Positions 52,160 through 64,000 of a DNA stretch of 64,000 nt are shown in pieces (positions within the stretch are counted from its first letter, which is position 1; every line of letters begins with the position of its first letter). The position numbers and the translations under genes are program-made. This DNA comes from Thraustotheca clavata. Its lineage: Eukaryota. The DNA lies in the NCBI GenBank assembly GCA_002081575.1, contig JNBS01000224.1, positions 1 to 64,000 on the forward strand, given 5' to 3'. Under the pieces are notes generated by a model. That model did no database searches and was not told the DNA's origin. It worked only from the letters and a program-made list of their open reading frames with translations.

Positions 52160-53190
52160 TTACAAACTTTTGCCAATGAGTATTGCTTGTACCCCACGAT
52201 TTCCAATTTGTGATGAACAGCATTCTTGGTGAATTGGACTTTGTTAAAGTTAACTTGGATGATATTCTTATTGTCTCAAACTCATTTGAACTCCACATGA
52301 AGCATCTCTCTATTGTCTTGGAGAGCCTTATATCGAGTGGAATGGTTGTTAATATGTAGAAAACCTCCTTGTGTACAGATGAGTTAAACTACCTGGGATT
52401 CACCATTACGAAGAATGGCATCATACCGATAAGATCAAAGGTAGAAGCAATGCTTTCTATCAAACCGCCCACAACAAGAAAAGATTTAAAGAGATTTGTT
52501 GGTATGGTAAATTTCTACAAAGACCTTTAGCCAAAAAGAGCACACAGCATGGCAGTATTGGCAGATTTGACATCGCCAAAAGCAAAATTTAAATGGACAA
52601 ATAAGGCAAACGAAGCATTTGAGAATTTGAAGTATAAATTCGATGGGGTGTATCACTTCCACTTTGATCACCGCGATTGCTTTCTTCATCAGCAAGTTCT
52701 GCCATTTCTTCATCGTCTTCATCTTCATCACGGTCTTCGTCTGAAGACCATGGCAATACATCATTTAGAACAGAGGTATCTCAATCATCAACCAACGCAG
52801 TCGCATTACGAGGAGGTCTTCTTTGAGCTGAGCGAACTTCGGAGGTTAATACAGATTCTCGGTTAATTCGATACGATTGATGTTGCCCAAACGAATGATC
52901 GAAGCAGCAACTGGGGGCTACCATCAGTCAGAATCAATACCCTGTTGCATTTCGGTCAAGAAAGCTAAGTCCAACCCAACAAAATTATCCTGCAAACAAA
53001 TTGGGATTGATAGCAATCATGGAATTGCTGAAAGAATATCGTAATATTCTACTTGGAAAATGGATTAAAATTTATACTGATCATTTGAATTTTACGTACG
53101 AAACTTTTTCCGATTCTACCAAGTTGCGATGGCGATTAAAGATTGAAATATTCGCACCAACTATCTTACATGTGAATGTATAGGAAGAAG
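52160..53190 (+). mobile_element. Degenerate Ty3/Gypsy pol fragment (RT + RNase H)
   Basis: LPM..., VNLDDILIVS, YLGFTI, LKRFVGMVNFY, FKWT...AFENLK, PVAFRSRKLSPTQQNY, IYTDHLN, RWRLKI; stops and frameshifts; no LTRs seen. Confidence 0.9.
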
Positions 53191-53515
53191 CATACCGATG
53201 AATATTTAAACTTGTGATTTGTATGTTTTCATTTGAGAAATATTTATGTATCAAAATCGTCAGTTAATTTATGTACAATTTTGCAATGAAAAACAACTAG
53301 GGAACTTTGGTAAATAATACATAGCATTTATTGCACACATCAGTTATTGTAAGTTAACAAATCATAAAGTTTTATCCGGATCATATATTGAGTTGACCGT
53401 CAATCACTAAACCTTTTTGACTTTAACAATGCAAACAACAACATATTCATACCTAAGCCATTTACTTTGTATATATAATAATGTGTTATAATAACATCCA
53501 TTTTCTGTTTAGTTT

Positions 53516-53557
53516 TGAATGTAATCAATTCGATAATGAATGTAATCAATTTGATAA
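53516..53557 (+). repeat. 21-bp tandem repeat x2
   Basis: TGAATGTAATCAATT(C/T)GATAA twice. Confidence 0.8.
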
Positions 53558-53567
53558 TGTTATCCGT

Positions 53568-56500
53568 ATGACCCTGCTACAAAGCGGTATACAAACACCA
53601 AGTGATTTTCACCGTTGGAGAAAGATGAATGCGATTAAGGATAAGGCGGCGGTCAATCTCCAGGACGGGGATGTGGTCTGGGCCAAGATGCCAGGCTTCC
53701 CGCACTGGCCTGCGATGGTCTTTCACTCGTTAAAAACGTTGTATCTGCACCAGTTGCCACTACCTCCAATGCTGACGCCCACACAGGATGAACTGCTCGT
53801 GTGTTTTCTGGATACGCTCGAGTACGCACTCGTCGTTCGCAGTTCTATCGTTCCGTTCGACTGGTATTACCACAAAGATCAGCTTCGTACGAGTAAAAAG
53901 TACAAACAAAAGATGCAGGTTGCTGTTAATCGTGCTTTAATGTTGCTTCGAAAGGTATTTACATACAGTGTTCATTAAATCATCATGTATAGAGTCCGAA
54001 ATGGACACGAGAAGAGTATAATGCGATAAGGATTGAAGATTATACCGAAGATATTGTTGTCGAAGCTGCAGCTTCAGATGTAGAAGATCTAGCACCCAAG
54101 AAACAACGCATCGAGCAGGAATATATTGGTAAAGACAAAGTAGAAAATTGCACTGAAATTCAAGTAGAAATATCAGGAGATGAACAAGCAGAATCAGGAA
54201 ATGAGTCTCCATGGTCGCCTAGAGCTGGTGCCAAGTCGCCAAGTAAAGCAAAACGTGGCAAAAGAGATCGCACTTCTTCAGACAAAAGTCGTGGTAATGA
54301 AATTTACCTCATTATTGTCTGACATTAAAGTAGAATCGGTCAAAAAAGCTCGGGTAGAGACTGATGAATCAGATTATGCTTCATCTTCTCGTCGTTCAAA
54401 AGCAATCAAAAAAACTTTGGAGACTGATGAATCCGACTTTATTGAGAGTCCTCCACGTAGAAAACACTATAGAAAAGCAATCGAAAGCGATGAATCAGAC
54501 TATGAAATCTCAACCAAGAAGTATATGGTTACCAAGAAGGTATTTTTGCTTGAATTTACAATTCTCACAACCTTTTAGCAAGACAAAAACAATAACCCAC
54601 AGAGAAAATCTGCAAGTGAGATTTTATCTACAAAGATTGTAAGTAGATAGAAACAATCCATCTCATGGCATTTGCAGGAAAAGCAGACTACCAATCCCAA
54701 AGAACAGTCTCAAGATACACAGGAGGTATTTGTTGAATCAATTTATTCCCAACTCTAAATGTAGCGACGAAAGCAAATATTTGAATCATCAAAACCAAGT
54801 TCGTCCCCGCAAGTATCCAAAGTAAGATATTGTACCTTGCTACAATCATTATCTTATTTTCAAACTATTTAGTCCCCTGAAGTCAAGTACAAACCGGTTG
54901 ATTTGGATGTATTTTTGAAAGCTGCACCAAGCAAGGTATTTATTGCCCAAATACAATCCCTTATCACTGATTAGAAAACATCAAAACGTGAACCCTCTCG
55001 GGTGAGTCCATTTACATCAAGTAAATTACAAATTTGTTTAGCATGGGTCTATCGTACTTCTGGATGAAGCCCCAACACCAGTAGAATACACAAATAATCG
55101 CTTTGTAATGTTGTGAACAGGAACGTCGCCAAGAACTGCAAAAAAAGAAGCCATCTTTTGTACAAGCTGAGCTGATTAATGTGTGAATATTTCTCAAACC
55201 ACTGCTTAGCATTGCTATTTCGTAGAGCGAAACAGTGAAGCCTCTTATGCCTTTTAAATCTAACTCAGAAAAGTTGGAGAATGCGGACCCAAAAAAGAAT
55301 AAAATGGTTGAAAAAGTTAAAGTAAGAAAATTGATGTGAAAAGTATTTGACAAGTTGTTTAGGCTACTAAAGAAACTCGCCCAGTTCCGGGTCGTACAAG
55401 TTCAAAAACCAGCAAAGTTAAATCTGAAAAGACTCGAAAAGTGAGAAAGAAACGAATTGAAAGAGATTCCTCGAGCAGTGAGTATGAGTCAGATTTCAGC
55501 GACAGCTTAAAACTAGCATCAGCAACACCTTCAGTACAATAATGAACTTCAAGCGAATTTCTAAAAATTCCTAGGAACCAAAATGTACTGAAAAGGATGA
55601 AAAGGCTTTAGAAAGCAATCAAATTACTGCACCTCAGCCAAAACAAGTATATACTTGTACTCTATTTGTATATTAATCTTGCTTATAGGAGGCCAAGAAA
55701 GAAGCATCCACGACTCAAAGTGACGCAGATGAAGAGGCACCTCAAGTATGAATGATACAATGTACAGGAGCTGAATATCTTAAAGGATACGCCATTGAGT
55801 ATGCTCTGGGGTGATGCCAAGAATGACTACGCATGTCGTCGAGAATTCGTGTGGGATGACAATGTTTTTACCGACTCCGAAGACGTGAATTTAGATCGGT
55901 TGGCTTCTTTATACGTAGATGAACCGCCATCCCGTGGTCGTCGCAATGTCGTAAGTATTTTACTTATGGAGCATTTAGATATTCATTGTTTTGGTAGCGA
56001 ACTGTGCAACACAGTCAGCTTCGTCAAAGTTTTCTATCAGGAGCAACTTTAGACCCTCATTTGATGGTTGAGTGTGCTCAATATGCAGACCCAACAGTAA
56101 GCAATGATAAACGTCCCCAACAGCCTTTTTCAGTTCGCATTCACCCTGATGTTGCTTTTGTTTGTGATCTACATGCGCACATGGCAATGTGTGAAATTAT
56201 TGGGTATTTTGGTGGCAAATACGACGCCGAAACTAATACCGTCTTTATTCATGCTGCCTTTCCATGTCGATCGATGCAAATTGAAGGAGATGATGGTTCG
56301 ACCGATGTTGAAATGGACCCTGTGTCAGAACTGGAGGTTCGACAACTAATTGAAAAATCAAACTTGGAAGTTGTCGGCTGGTATCACTCCCATCCAACAT
56401 TTGCCCCAGATCCATCTATCCGAGATATTGAAAACCAAGCAGCTCATCAGGAATTGTTTCAAATGAATTCACACAATCACCCATTTGTTGGGCTTATTGT

Positions 56501-57045
56501 TGGCACGTATGACTCCAAACGCACAGATCCAGTGGGGCTTTTTCGTTATTTCCATGTTAAAGGAGAAAAAATGACTGGGAAAACCAAGACTCCTCCTATG
56601 TATTTTCCATTTGAGCTCACAACTATCACGCGAAAGTATAAAGCGAGAGCTATTCAAGCTGTTCAAGCTGTTAAACCCACAAACGAGTTAGTACCTCAAC
56701 ACGCGTGCCTTCACCGACTTCGCAATGAGTACGGGGCTAGCATTTTGGGATGCGTTGAACAAGTTGTGCGATTGCTCGAGTACTACCGAGCTTTTCCACG
56801 TCGAACCAAGTGGTCTCAGAGCTGGCAAAAGGTGACGTACTAAACTATTCTGTCGTGTGACTATTGATTTATGTAGACAAACAAAGGACAAAAGTTACGT
56901 TTATCTCTGTTGCATTATGTGGAAGCACTAGATATACCTAAAGACATACAAACTGCATTCGTCGAGGTAAGAAACCATTGATTAATTGTTGGTTAAATAA
57001 GTGCCTTAGGATATCTTTCAGTATTTGCAGTCAGCTTGGCAATAA
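53568..57045 (+). CDS. PWWP + MPN/JAMM deubiquitinase-like protein (many small exons)
   Basis: DVVWAKMPGFPHWPAMV; CEIIGYFGG...VGWYHSHPTFAPDPSIRD; chain of short GT-AG introns between the domains; single-gene model inferred. Confidence 0.7.
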
Positions 57046-57096
57046 ATGCGTAGTGAAAAAATACAATAGTAGTTGTGTGATTGATTCACTTATGCT

Positions 57097-58034
57097 CTAT
57101 ACACTTGTAACATCATCGGGATTCGCCTTGCCGATTGAAGAAAGTGGAGGAATCAACTGGAGTAGGATTGTATCTTTATCATCAGGCGCGTTGTATTTGG
57201 GTATGACAACACCATTAGCTGGATGAAGTTGAAAGTTGTCAGCATCGTAGTCGATTACAATGATTTTGTCAACACTTCGGTTTAAATGATCGAGATTCTA
57301 TTGCCATTCAAACACTTTGCATCAAAGCTATCGGTACCTTGACATGGCATCCGTTTATATATTGGGTGTCCTTTCGTGTCAAGTAATGAAGTCCAACCCT
57401 CTATTGATGTGATTACAATTTTAAGAAATGGGTTAACAACCTTTGGATCAAGTTGAGCAAAGAAGTCATCAATAAATATATGGTTTTGGTTGGAAAACAA
57501 GACAATTTCATAATACTAATCTCACATGAAATAGATTCATTGCAATGGAACGTACTCGACTCATTTCCCACAAGAATTCGTCTACAAATGGTCTTTTATG
57601 CATGCACCATCCATTTTGAACCTAAAGTACAGAATTAAAAGCATGAAATATGAACTATGGTTTACATCGTATTCCATGTACATAAGCACATTTTCGACTG
57701 CTAACACCAACACTGGCACTTGTGGAAAGTCTTTAGGAATACCTAAATTTTCCATCGGCCAGTCAGGCAATAATTTAATTTTTGGTGTAGATATGGCTTG
57801 ATCAATCATTTCCTTTATTGCACCTTTAATTTCGTCAATGGCTTCAAAATTGATAAAGCCTTGTAAACGGTGTTTAATATTATTCAGTGTTGCATCAGAT
57901 TGATTATGACACCACCAAAATCCAGCCAAGCCCAATGCTATTGATTTCACTGGAATTCGACTTGTAGTGTGGACTTGATAAACATTCATGCGGCGAACTT
58001 GGTTTTGGAGTAATTTAGTAGTTCTTCTCATCAT
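57097..58034 (-). CDS. Divergent TIM50-like paralog (multi-exon)
   Basis: KLLPDWP...PQVPVLVLAVENVL, RSVDKIIVID; shorter C-terminus than its neighbour. Confidence 0.75.
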
Positions 58035-58557
58035 TGTGTCAATTAAATTATGATGATCTGCTAGATTCAGGATTTGTTTTTGCAGAATGATGGACTTGTG
58101 ACGTGTTGATGGATTGTTGGGTGAGACTTTTCATTTCAATTCTCTGGTATTCTACTGTCATTGTACAGTTGATTAATAGTGATAATCTTGGAAGGAATAG
58201 ACAGACAATATTTTGTTGAATTTGAAGGTATGCTCTATGTCAATTTAGCTGCAAAAGTAGCCTGAATAAGTTAAGTGGTTTAGTACTAGCTAGGATGACA
58301 TTAGATGATTTGATAGTATAGTATGTAAGTGTGCAATGACCATTATGACAATTTGAATGCATAATGTGTTGTAGTAATTGATATCTGAAGCAATATATCA
58401 TTTGGTGTGACGGTGTAATCAGAAATGGTAACCGAAAATGAAGGTAGAAGAGTGATGGATGAGTCGATATGACATGTTTTCTACAATGTTGTCTATTAGA
58501 GATAAAGCTTATTCTTCGATCAGCACAAGTATGGAATATCAAGCTCACACAATTGAT

Positions 58558-59786
58558 TTATTTGAAAGAGCTTGCCATAGATGGAGCTGTTGAGGAAGCA
58601 CGTGACGACATTCGACCACGTACAAAGCCACCAAATCCTTTAGCTTCATTTTGGCGTTTACGTTCTTCCAAGGCCATAAGCTTAGTATTCCACTTTGGTC
58701 CAACATCACGAATAATACCATCTTGATCTTTAAATTCAGAAAGAATCTTGGTAACATCTTGCACATTTTCTTTGCCGATTGCTTCAAGGAAAGGAATTAA
58801 ATCTTTAAGTACTCGATCTGAACGATCTGCACCGTCAAGATATGGAGGAATTGTTACTCCGTTGGACAAATGCAATTGAAAGTTTTCTGGTTTATGATCA
58901 ATGACAATAATCTTGCGTAAATCACGATTCATAGGTCCAAGATCCTAAACAAAATTATAAAAATGTCTTCAATTATTTTTCTACCTTGACATGGGTCCCA
59001 TTGAGGAAATGGGTTTCTTCACGTGTCAAGTAATGAAATGCACATTGCTACATTGATTATAAGCACTTTTAACCATAGTATAGCACAAATACCTTGCTAT
59101 CAAGCTTGGCCAATACTTCTTCTACCATCATACGTGGTTCACTCGAAAAAAGCACAATTTCATAATACTACAAGGATCTCTAAGCAATGATACACAAGTA
59201 GTTGTCCATACCCGAGCTAAAGTTTCCAAGAACTCATCGACATGAGGACGTTTAGCATGACGCCAACCAAATTTACGCTATAATATCAATCCTGAGTCTT
59301 TAAAAGTACGTAAAACAAACTAAAACCCAATTCCGAATGCAACAAAACATCTTCAACGCCAAGCACAAGCACTGGAATCTGTGGATATCCTTCAGGAACA
59401 CCTCGATTGATCATGGGCCAATCTGGCAAAAGTTTATCACGCGATGGCTTTGTAAATGGACTTGCCATTTCTTGTACTTGAGCCGCAATGTAATCAGCAA
59501 TCGATCCAACGAAAGAATCATTAATATTCTGTGAGATATTGCTTTTAGCTTCTTCAGAGAGATAAAAATGCCAAGCAGCAACACCAAGTCCAGTAGCCCC
59601 AAAAATCGTTCGTAAAATGAGTCTCGAAGCTGGAGTTTTGTTGTTCTTGGCAGCAGGATTGATCCCAGCAGAATTCTCTGCTTCTAGACGAAGCTTTCGA
59701 CGCATATCACGAGGAACAGCTTTTAAATCACGAAGAAAAAGGCGGCTCTCCGCAGTCGCCGAGAACTTTCGCACTCTTTGTAGCAT
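58558..59786 (-). CDS. TIM50: Mitochondrial import inner membrane translocase subunit TIM50 (multi-exon)
   Basis: Presequence + TM, PSRDKLLPD, GWRHAKRPHVDEFL, HVKDLGPMNRDLRKIIVID. Confidence 0.92.
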
Positions 59787-59825
59787 ATTGACGAATGGCT
59801 TAAGCCTGTAATTCCTGCAGTTTCT

Positions 59826-60040
59826 ATTGGTTTAAAAGAAGATACTTTTCCATTAAAAACCAATGAAATTGCTGTATTCAATAAATTTACAGCAAATCAT
59901 CGTTGATTATGTAAAAAAAATAGCCAATCAGTGCAATTTAAAACACAACTAATTTTAACCAATAAAAAAGAATACATTTTAAAAGCCAATAAGAAAAATC
60001 TTTCTTTTTAACCAATAAGAACATTGTAGAAGGAACCAAT
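59826..60040. promoter_or_regulatory. CCAAT-box array
   Basis: CCAAT at 59860, 59924, 59959, 59986, 60012 and 60036, plus ATTGG at 59826. Confidence 0.6.
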
Positions 60041-60784
60041 CAGAAAAAAGATACTTGTTGTCAAATAGGAAGAAAGATACGTTTTAGATTTTAACGAATA
60101 AGAGAAAAGATACACTTTTTTTTATCATAATGGAAATGAAGGGAGGAAAATGGAGCTTGAGATGAGGTGATTGAGGAAAGCGATCGGGTGTGCAGATGCT
60201 GTGGGGAGGATTGGCGTAAAGACAAAGATATCGTCGGAACCATTCGATGCGCGGATGCATTCTTGCAGATATGCTGTGGATTTGGTTGAGGGGGCAAAGA
60301 ATTTTCAAGCATTGTATGCGATTGAACATTTACTATCATCATGCATGTAGTATTGATTGATTTCGTATTGGAATCTTTAAAATTCAACATTTGTGTGTAC
60401 GATCGTGCGTGAGGTGCGAACGAGGAGTATTTGTTGGAAAAAATAGCGATGATTTGCTATGTTGGTGGTTGTCATCTTTTAAAAAAGATTCTTTTGCATT
60501 GATGACAAGTACATAATGAACAAGAAGATTAAAAGGAAGTAGACTCATGATACTGTTGTCGATAATGCTATTATAACCAAGTATAAATATAGCAATTTTT
60601 CTTTTGAATAATGAGCTCGCATCGTCTACCATTGAATGATACAAGAGTGTCTTTATCTGTAAAGAAAGGCGACAATAAAGAGGTAATTCAATCTATTACT
60701 TCTATTGTATTCTTATCAATAATCGTAGCTTGTGAGTCAGGTAATAATATCTCATCTCATTTTACAAATCAATGGAAATTTATA

Positions 60785-61235
60785 GCAAGCAAAATGTCAA
60801 CAACGTATTAAGCTACGAATGGTAAAAGAAATGGTTTTACGTACTCAAGAACGTGGTGATGAACAAGCTAAACGTATTCGTGATCATCAAGTAATATATT
60901 ATATACAATTATCTATACATTTTTCATCTTATAGATTGGTGAACATGCATCTAAAGTAGCTACTCAACGTATAAAAGAGAGAAAAGCTAATGAATTAAAG
61001 AAATTGGTAGATGTGTTAATATGTTATCACATGTGTTAATTGTACAACGTAGGATGATAGTGTTGAAGTTTTAATTCTGAATCAAACCTCATCCATTGAA
61101 GCTATGAATGTAGCTCGTATGTTATCTCCTCGATTTGGTCAACATTTCACATTCAATTCTGCTTTGGATCTTAAAGAAGAATTTCGTGTCAAGAATTTAC
61201 TTGAAAATGATCGCATTGGGGCTTTTTATCGTTAA
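60785..61235 (+). CDS. Hypothetical protein, 3' exons (5' exons probably from about 60150)
   Basis: In-frame exons QRIKLRMVKEMVLRTQERGDEQAKRIRDHQ / IGEHASKVATQR / DDSVEVLILNQTSSIEAMNVARMLSPRF...GAFYR with GT-AG introns. Confidence 0.6.
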
Positions 61236-61308
61236 TAAAATTGTTTGTTCTTGATAATGTTGGATTATGGGTGGAATTCCGACTTCATTCTGACTTGTCA
61301 TCCCACTA

Positions 61309-62195
61309 CTAAAACTTGCCACGCAAGCTGTGTTTAGCTAAGGCAAGAGAGTCTCCATACTTGGTATGTTGTTTGTGTTTACGATGAAAATTATTTGAAT
61401 TGTCTTTTTCAGGCAATGATTTTTTAAAAAATTCCAAGTCATTTCTTGTTGCATATCTTCCTTTCATATACGTTGTATATTTCTCTGCTTCATTCAATTG
61501 ATCTTGTGTCCATTTTTTATGAAGGGATTGATATGTTGAGCTTTTACTTGGAACGTCAGGATAAACTTGTTTTTGATATTTATGATAAAGTTGTTTGGTA
61601 ACATGAAGCAAATCATTCTCAAGGTTTCTCCTTGTATCTTCAAGTGTTGTGGGAATATCAGGTGAAGACTCGCTTTTGTTCATTCTTATAGCATCTTGTT
61701 GAGTACAACTTGTTGAACTGCTGGTAGTATTGTTAGGTGAACGATTAGTCGTCTTCTTTCTAATACTATCAGACGAAAGAGGACGAACAAGGGATGTTAA
61801 TAGCTTTCTTTTGTCTTCAGGACCTAGAAATCGTCCTCCTTGTAATGTTCTCTACATAATAGCATAAGATATCGTGTCAAGTGGGTGAAGACACACGCTT
61901 AGAGGTTTGTCAGGAATAAATACTGCCCGAAGTTTATTGCGTGCCTCTTCCACATCCCCAAGCTTCGTAATATCTGCGATTAATGCATCCCCACGCTGTA
62001 CCTACAGATATTTGTATTGGAACATGGGTAAGCACGATATGGTGGTACGCGTTGCAGCTGCCGATGCTCTTTGTCTGCTTGTAGGATATGCTTCATTTCC
62101 ATGAGTATCTCGCTACTTGTGCATTTGGGTTCCTCCAGCCGCTTCATCAAGTCCAACGTCGAGCATCCTTCCGCCCCATTGATGGCAAGGTTCAT
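61309..62195 (-). CDS. Hypothetical protein (multi-exon)
   Basis: Minus-strand ORFs joined by short intron-like gaps. Confidence 0.55.
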
Positions 62196-62324
62196 TTCGT
62201 TGTGTTGTACTCTCCATATTTAGCATGTCTTTCAACGTCCTCTTTTTCCCGCCATACTTCTTAACGGCAATCATGAGCGCCATTAATTTCATCTCTATTA
62301 ATCTTTACTTCATTGAGAAATAGT

Positions 62325-63392
62325 ATGACCAAACTCCACATTGCCAAAGCTATTGACTCGACAAGTCCAAAGAAAAAATACCAAAGTAATGGACAAGGAT
62401 CTGGTGAAAATCCTACCAACTCTAAACTTTTACGCACAAAATTATTGCAACGTGTAGTTGATTTACTAGAAAAAGATGATTCCATGGTCGAATTTGTGTC
62501 TTCCATTGTGGATTCAATGGGCAAGGTCCCATTAGAACAAGACACAATGCGTCGAGCCTTCTTGGCTCAGCTGAATCAAGATAAAAAAACCATGACTTGT
62601 TCATCCACTAGGTCTAGTGGTCGTCCCAAGAGATTAAATGTTCATCATTGTCGAGAATTTATCTTGGCTTGTGTGAATGAAATCGTTGACTTGGAAGACA
62701 CTGATCCTGCATTTGACTATGCCGAATCAATTGCAGAATCGGACACAATGGATTCCATCACATTTTATCAACCAAAAATCAAAGTAACAATGCAAGAATG
62801 CCTTGTACGTCCTGCTTCTCCATTGAATAAAATTGAATCAACTTTTGATTATTGTGAAACATTGACAGCATCTTCACAAATGGACGTAGCTACACATTTA
62901 CGAAATGTTATAAAATCGTATCAAGATCGTGTGCAATGTCAAGAAGAAGACAAGATGTTGGAAGAAGATTACGTGGATGATGAAACATTTAACAAAGTGC
63001 GTGCATACGCTCACAACATGGCAATCAAACGTCGTGCATTTCAAGAATTTAAACGTCAAATGCCAATGGAACCAGCAAGTCCAATAAAAGAAAAATCATC
63101 ACGTTTATCTCGACGTACTATTTTACTGGAGGAATTACCAACTAAAGTAATTTCACCATGTTCTAGTCCATTAAAAGAATATGCAAGCAAGTACAATACA
63201 TTTGATAAACTCAAAAGAAATCGTGCCAATTCCCCATTAAATCGACAACGAAAAACAATTGCAATACAACAATTCAAAAAAGGTACAAAAGCTTATCATA
63301 TCAATCACCATACGGTCCGTCAAGTGGTAGTCATGACATTGGTGATCCTTTTAGCAATTGTATGGCTACATGATGAATTTCAGCTGCTATAA
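62325..63392 (+). CDS. Hypothetical protein with C-terminal transmembrane segment
   Basis: About 355-codon ORF ending VVVMTLVILLAIVWL; several SP sites. Confidence 0.75.
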   Translation: MTKLHIAKAIDSTSPKKKYQSNGQGSGENPTNSKLLRTKLLQRVVDLLEKDDSMVEFVSSIVDSMGKVPLEQDTMRRAFLAQLNQDKKTMTCSSTRSSGRPKRLNVHHCREFILACVNEIVDLEDTDPAFDYAESIAESDTMDSITFYQPKIKVTMQECLVRPASPLNKIESTFDYCETLTASSQMDVATHLRNVIKSYQDRVQCQEEDKMLEEDYVDDETFNKVRAYAHNMAIKRRAFQEFKRQMPMEPASPIKEKSSRLSRRTILLEELPTKVISPCSSPLKEYASKYNTFDKLKRNRANSPLNRQRKTIAIQQFKKGTKAYHINHHTVRQVVVMTLVILLAIVWLHDEFQLL

Positions 63393-63606
63393 TAGCTAGT
63401 ATCTAACTTCTTTCTACAATGTATGAATCGATTGATTGCATGAGTTCGCACCATCCATTTTTTTGTGTCCCACCCATTTAACACAACAAGATATATACAA
63501 GATAACACTGAAGTATATTAACACGACAAAAAAAGACAAAAATTACTTGACAAGAAGTACACGAACACACGTGTGAGATGGAATCCTAAATAAAAAGCCA
63601 TTGCAT

Positions 63607-64000
63607 TTACAAAATGGCTGAGCATAGAAAATCAAGTTCATCAAACGATAGACGTCCACGATGTGGTTCTGGTGAATTGACAGGAACAGGTTCCGCACAA
63701 ATAGTATGTTCAATCTTGATACTCAAGCCTTCATGCAATGGACTCCATAGATCATCAACAGTAAAAAAACTTTCCGAACATGAACTATCAGTTGATGGAC
63801 GTCCACATGAATCCGTATCAGAAAGAAATTCATCACGATGCAACATTGGACTATGATTCTTTGTTCCTTTTAAAGCTGTACCATCAAGCTTGGCAGACTT
63901 GGCAACAATACGTTTTTGACGATCAAACTTTCGTTGAATACGATTAGCTTTTTCACGATGAAAATTGCACAATTGATGAAATTGGCCATTGCGTTTGTAT
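63607..64000 (-). CDS. Oomycete-type Cys/His motif protein (5' end outside window)
   Basis: KRNGQFHQLCNFHREKANRIQRKFDRQKR; acidic C-terminus LSFDELDFL. Confidence 0.7.
   Translation of the reverse strand, partial: YKRNGQFHQLCNFHREKANRIQRKFDRQKRIVAKSAKLDGTALKGTKNHSPMLHRDEFLSDTDSCGRPSTDSSCSESFFTVDDLWSPLHEGLSIKIEHTICAEPVPVNSPEPHRGRLSFDELDFLCSAIL

Noticed and set aside
58040..58540. Intron-like signals between the TIM50 copies
   Set aside because: No coherent reading frame or snoRNA box pair could be built
59278..59335. Phase conflict at the first TIM50 intron suggesting a pseudogene
   Set aside because: More simply a one-base homopolymer error or an alternative donor; the rest of the gene is intact

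Overview
Eukaryotic, AT-rich, very gene-dense DNA with tiny (about 37-50 nt) spliceosomal introns. Gene content (EPIC-like cystatins, bacterial-type glucokinase, flagellar IFT81 and CFAP119, an oomycete-type Cys/His motif protein) points to an oomycete, probably Saprolegniales (inference). About 35 protein-coding genes can be supported, plus a decayed Ty3/Gypsy pol relic. The first 97 bp are a sequencing artefact: a loxP-containing 454 paired-end linker joined to a copy of 2755-2810. The most interesting items are: (i) four consecutive intron-containing bacterial-type genes at 29.7-36.1 kb (tail-anchored glucokinase, mitochondrially targeted soluble transhydrogenase SthA, a LarA-family nickel-pincer racemase/epimerase with intact cofactor residues, and a Rieske ferredoxin); (ii) a five-exon LSm10 (U7 snRNP-specific Sm-like) gene missed by the ORF track; (iii) an E3BP-like protein with a KGD4/MRPS36-like motif in place of a normal E3-binding domain; (iv) PWWP+JAMM and F-box+XPA-like fusions; (v) recurrent promoter motifs (TCCGGA, E2F, CCAAT, a ChoRE-like double E-box). 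Exon boundaries were read by eye, and family calls rest on recalled motifs, not database searches.
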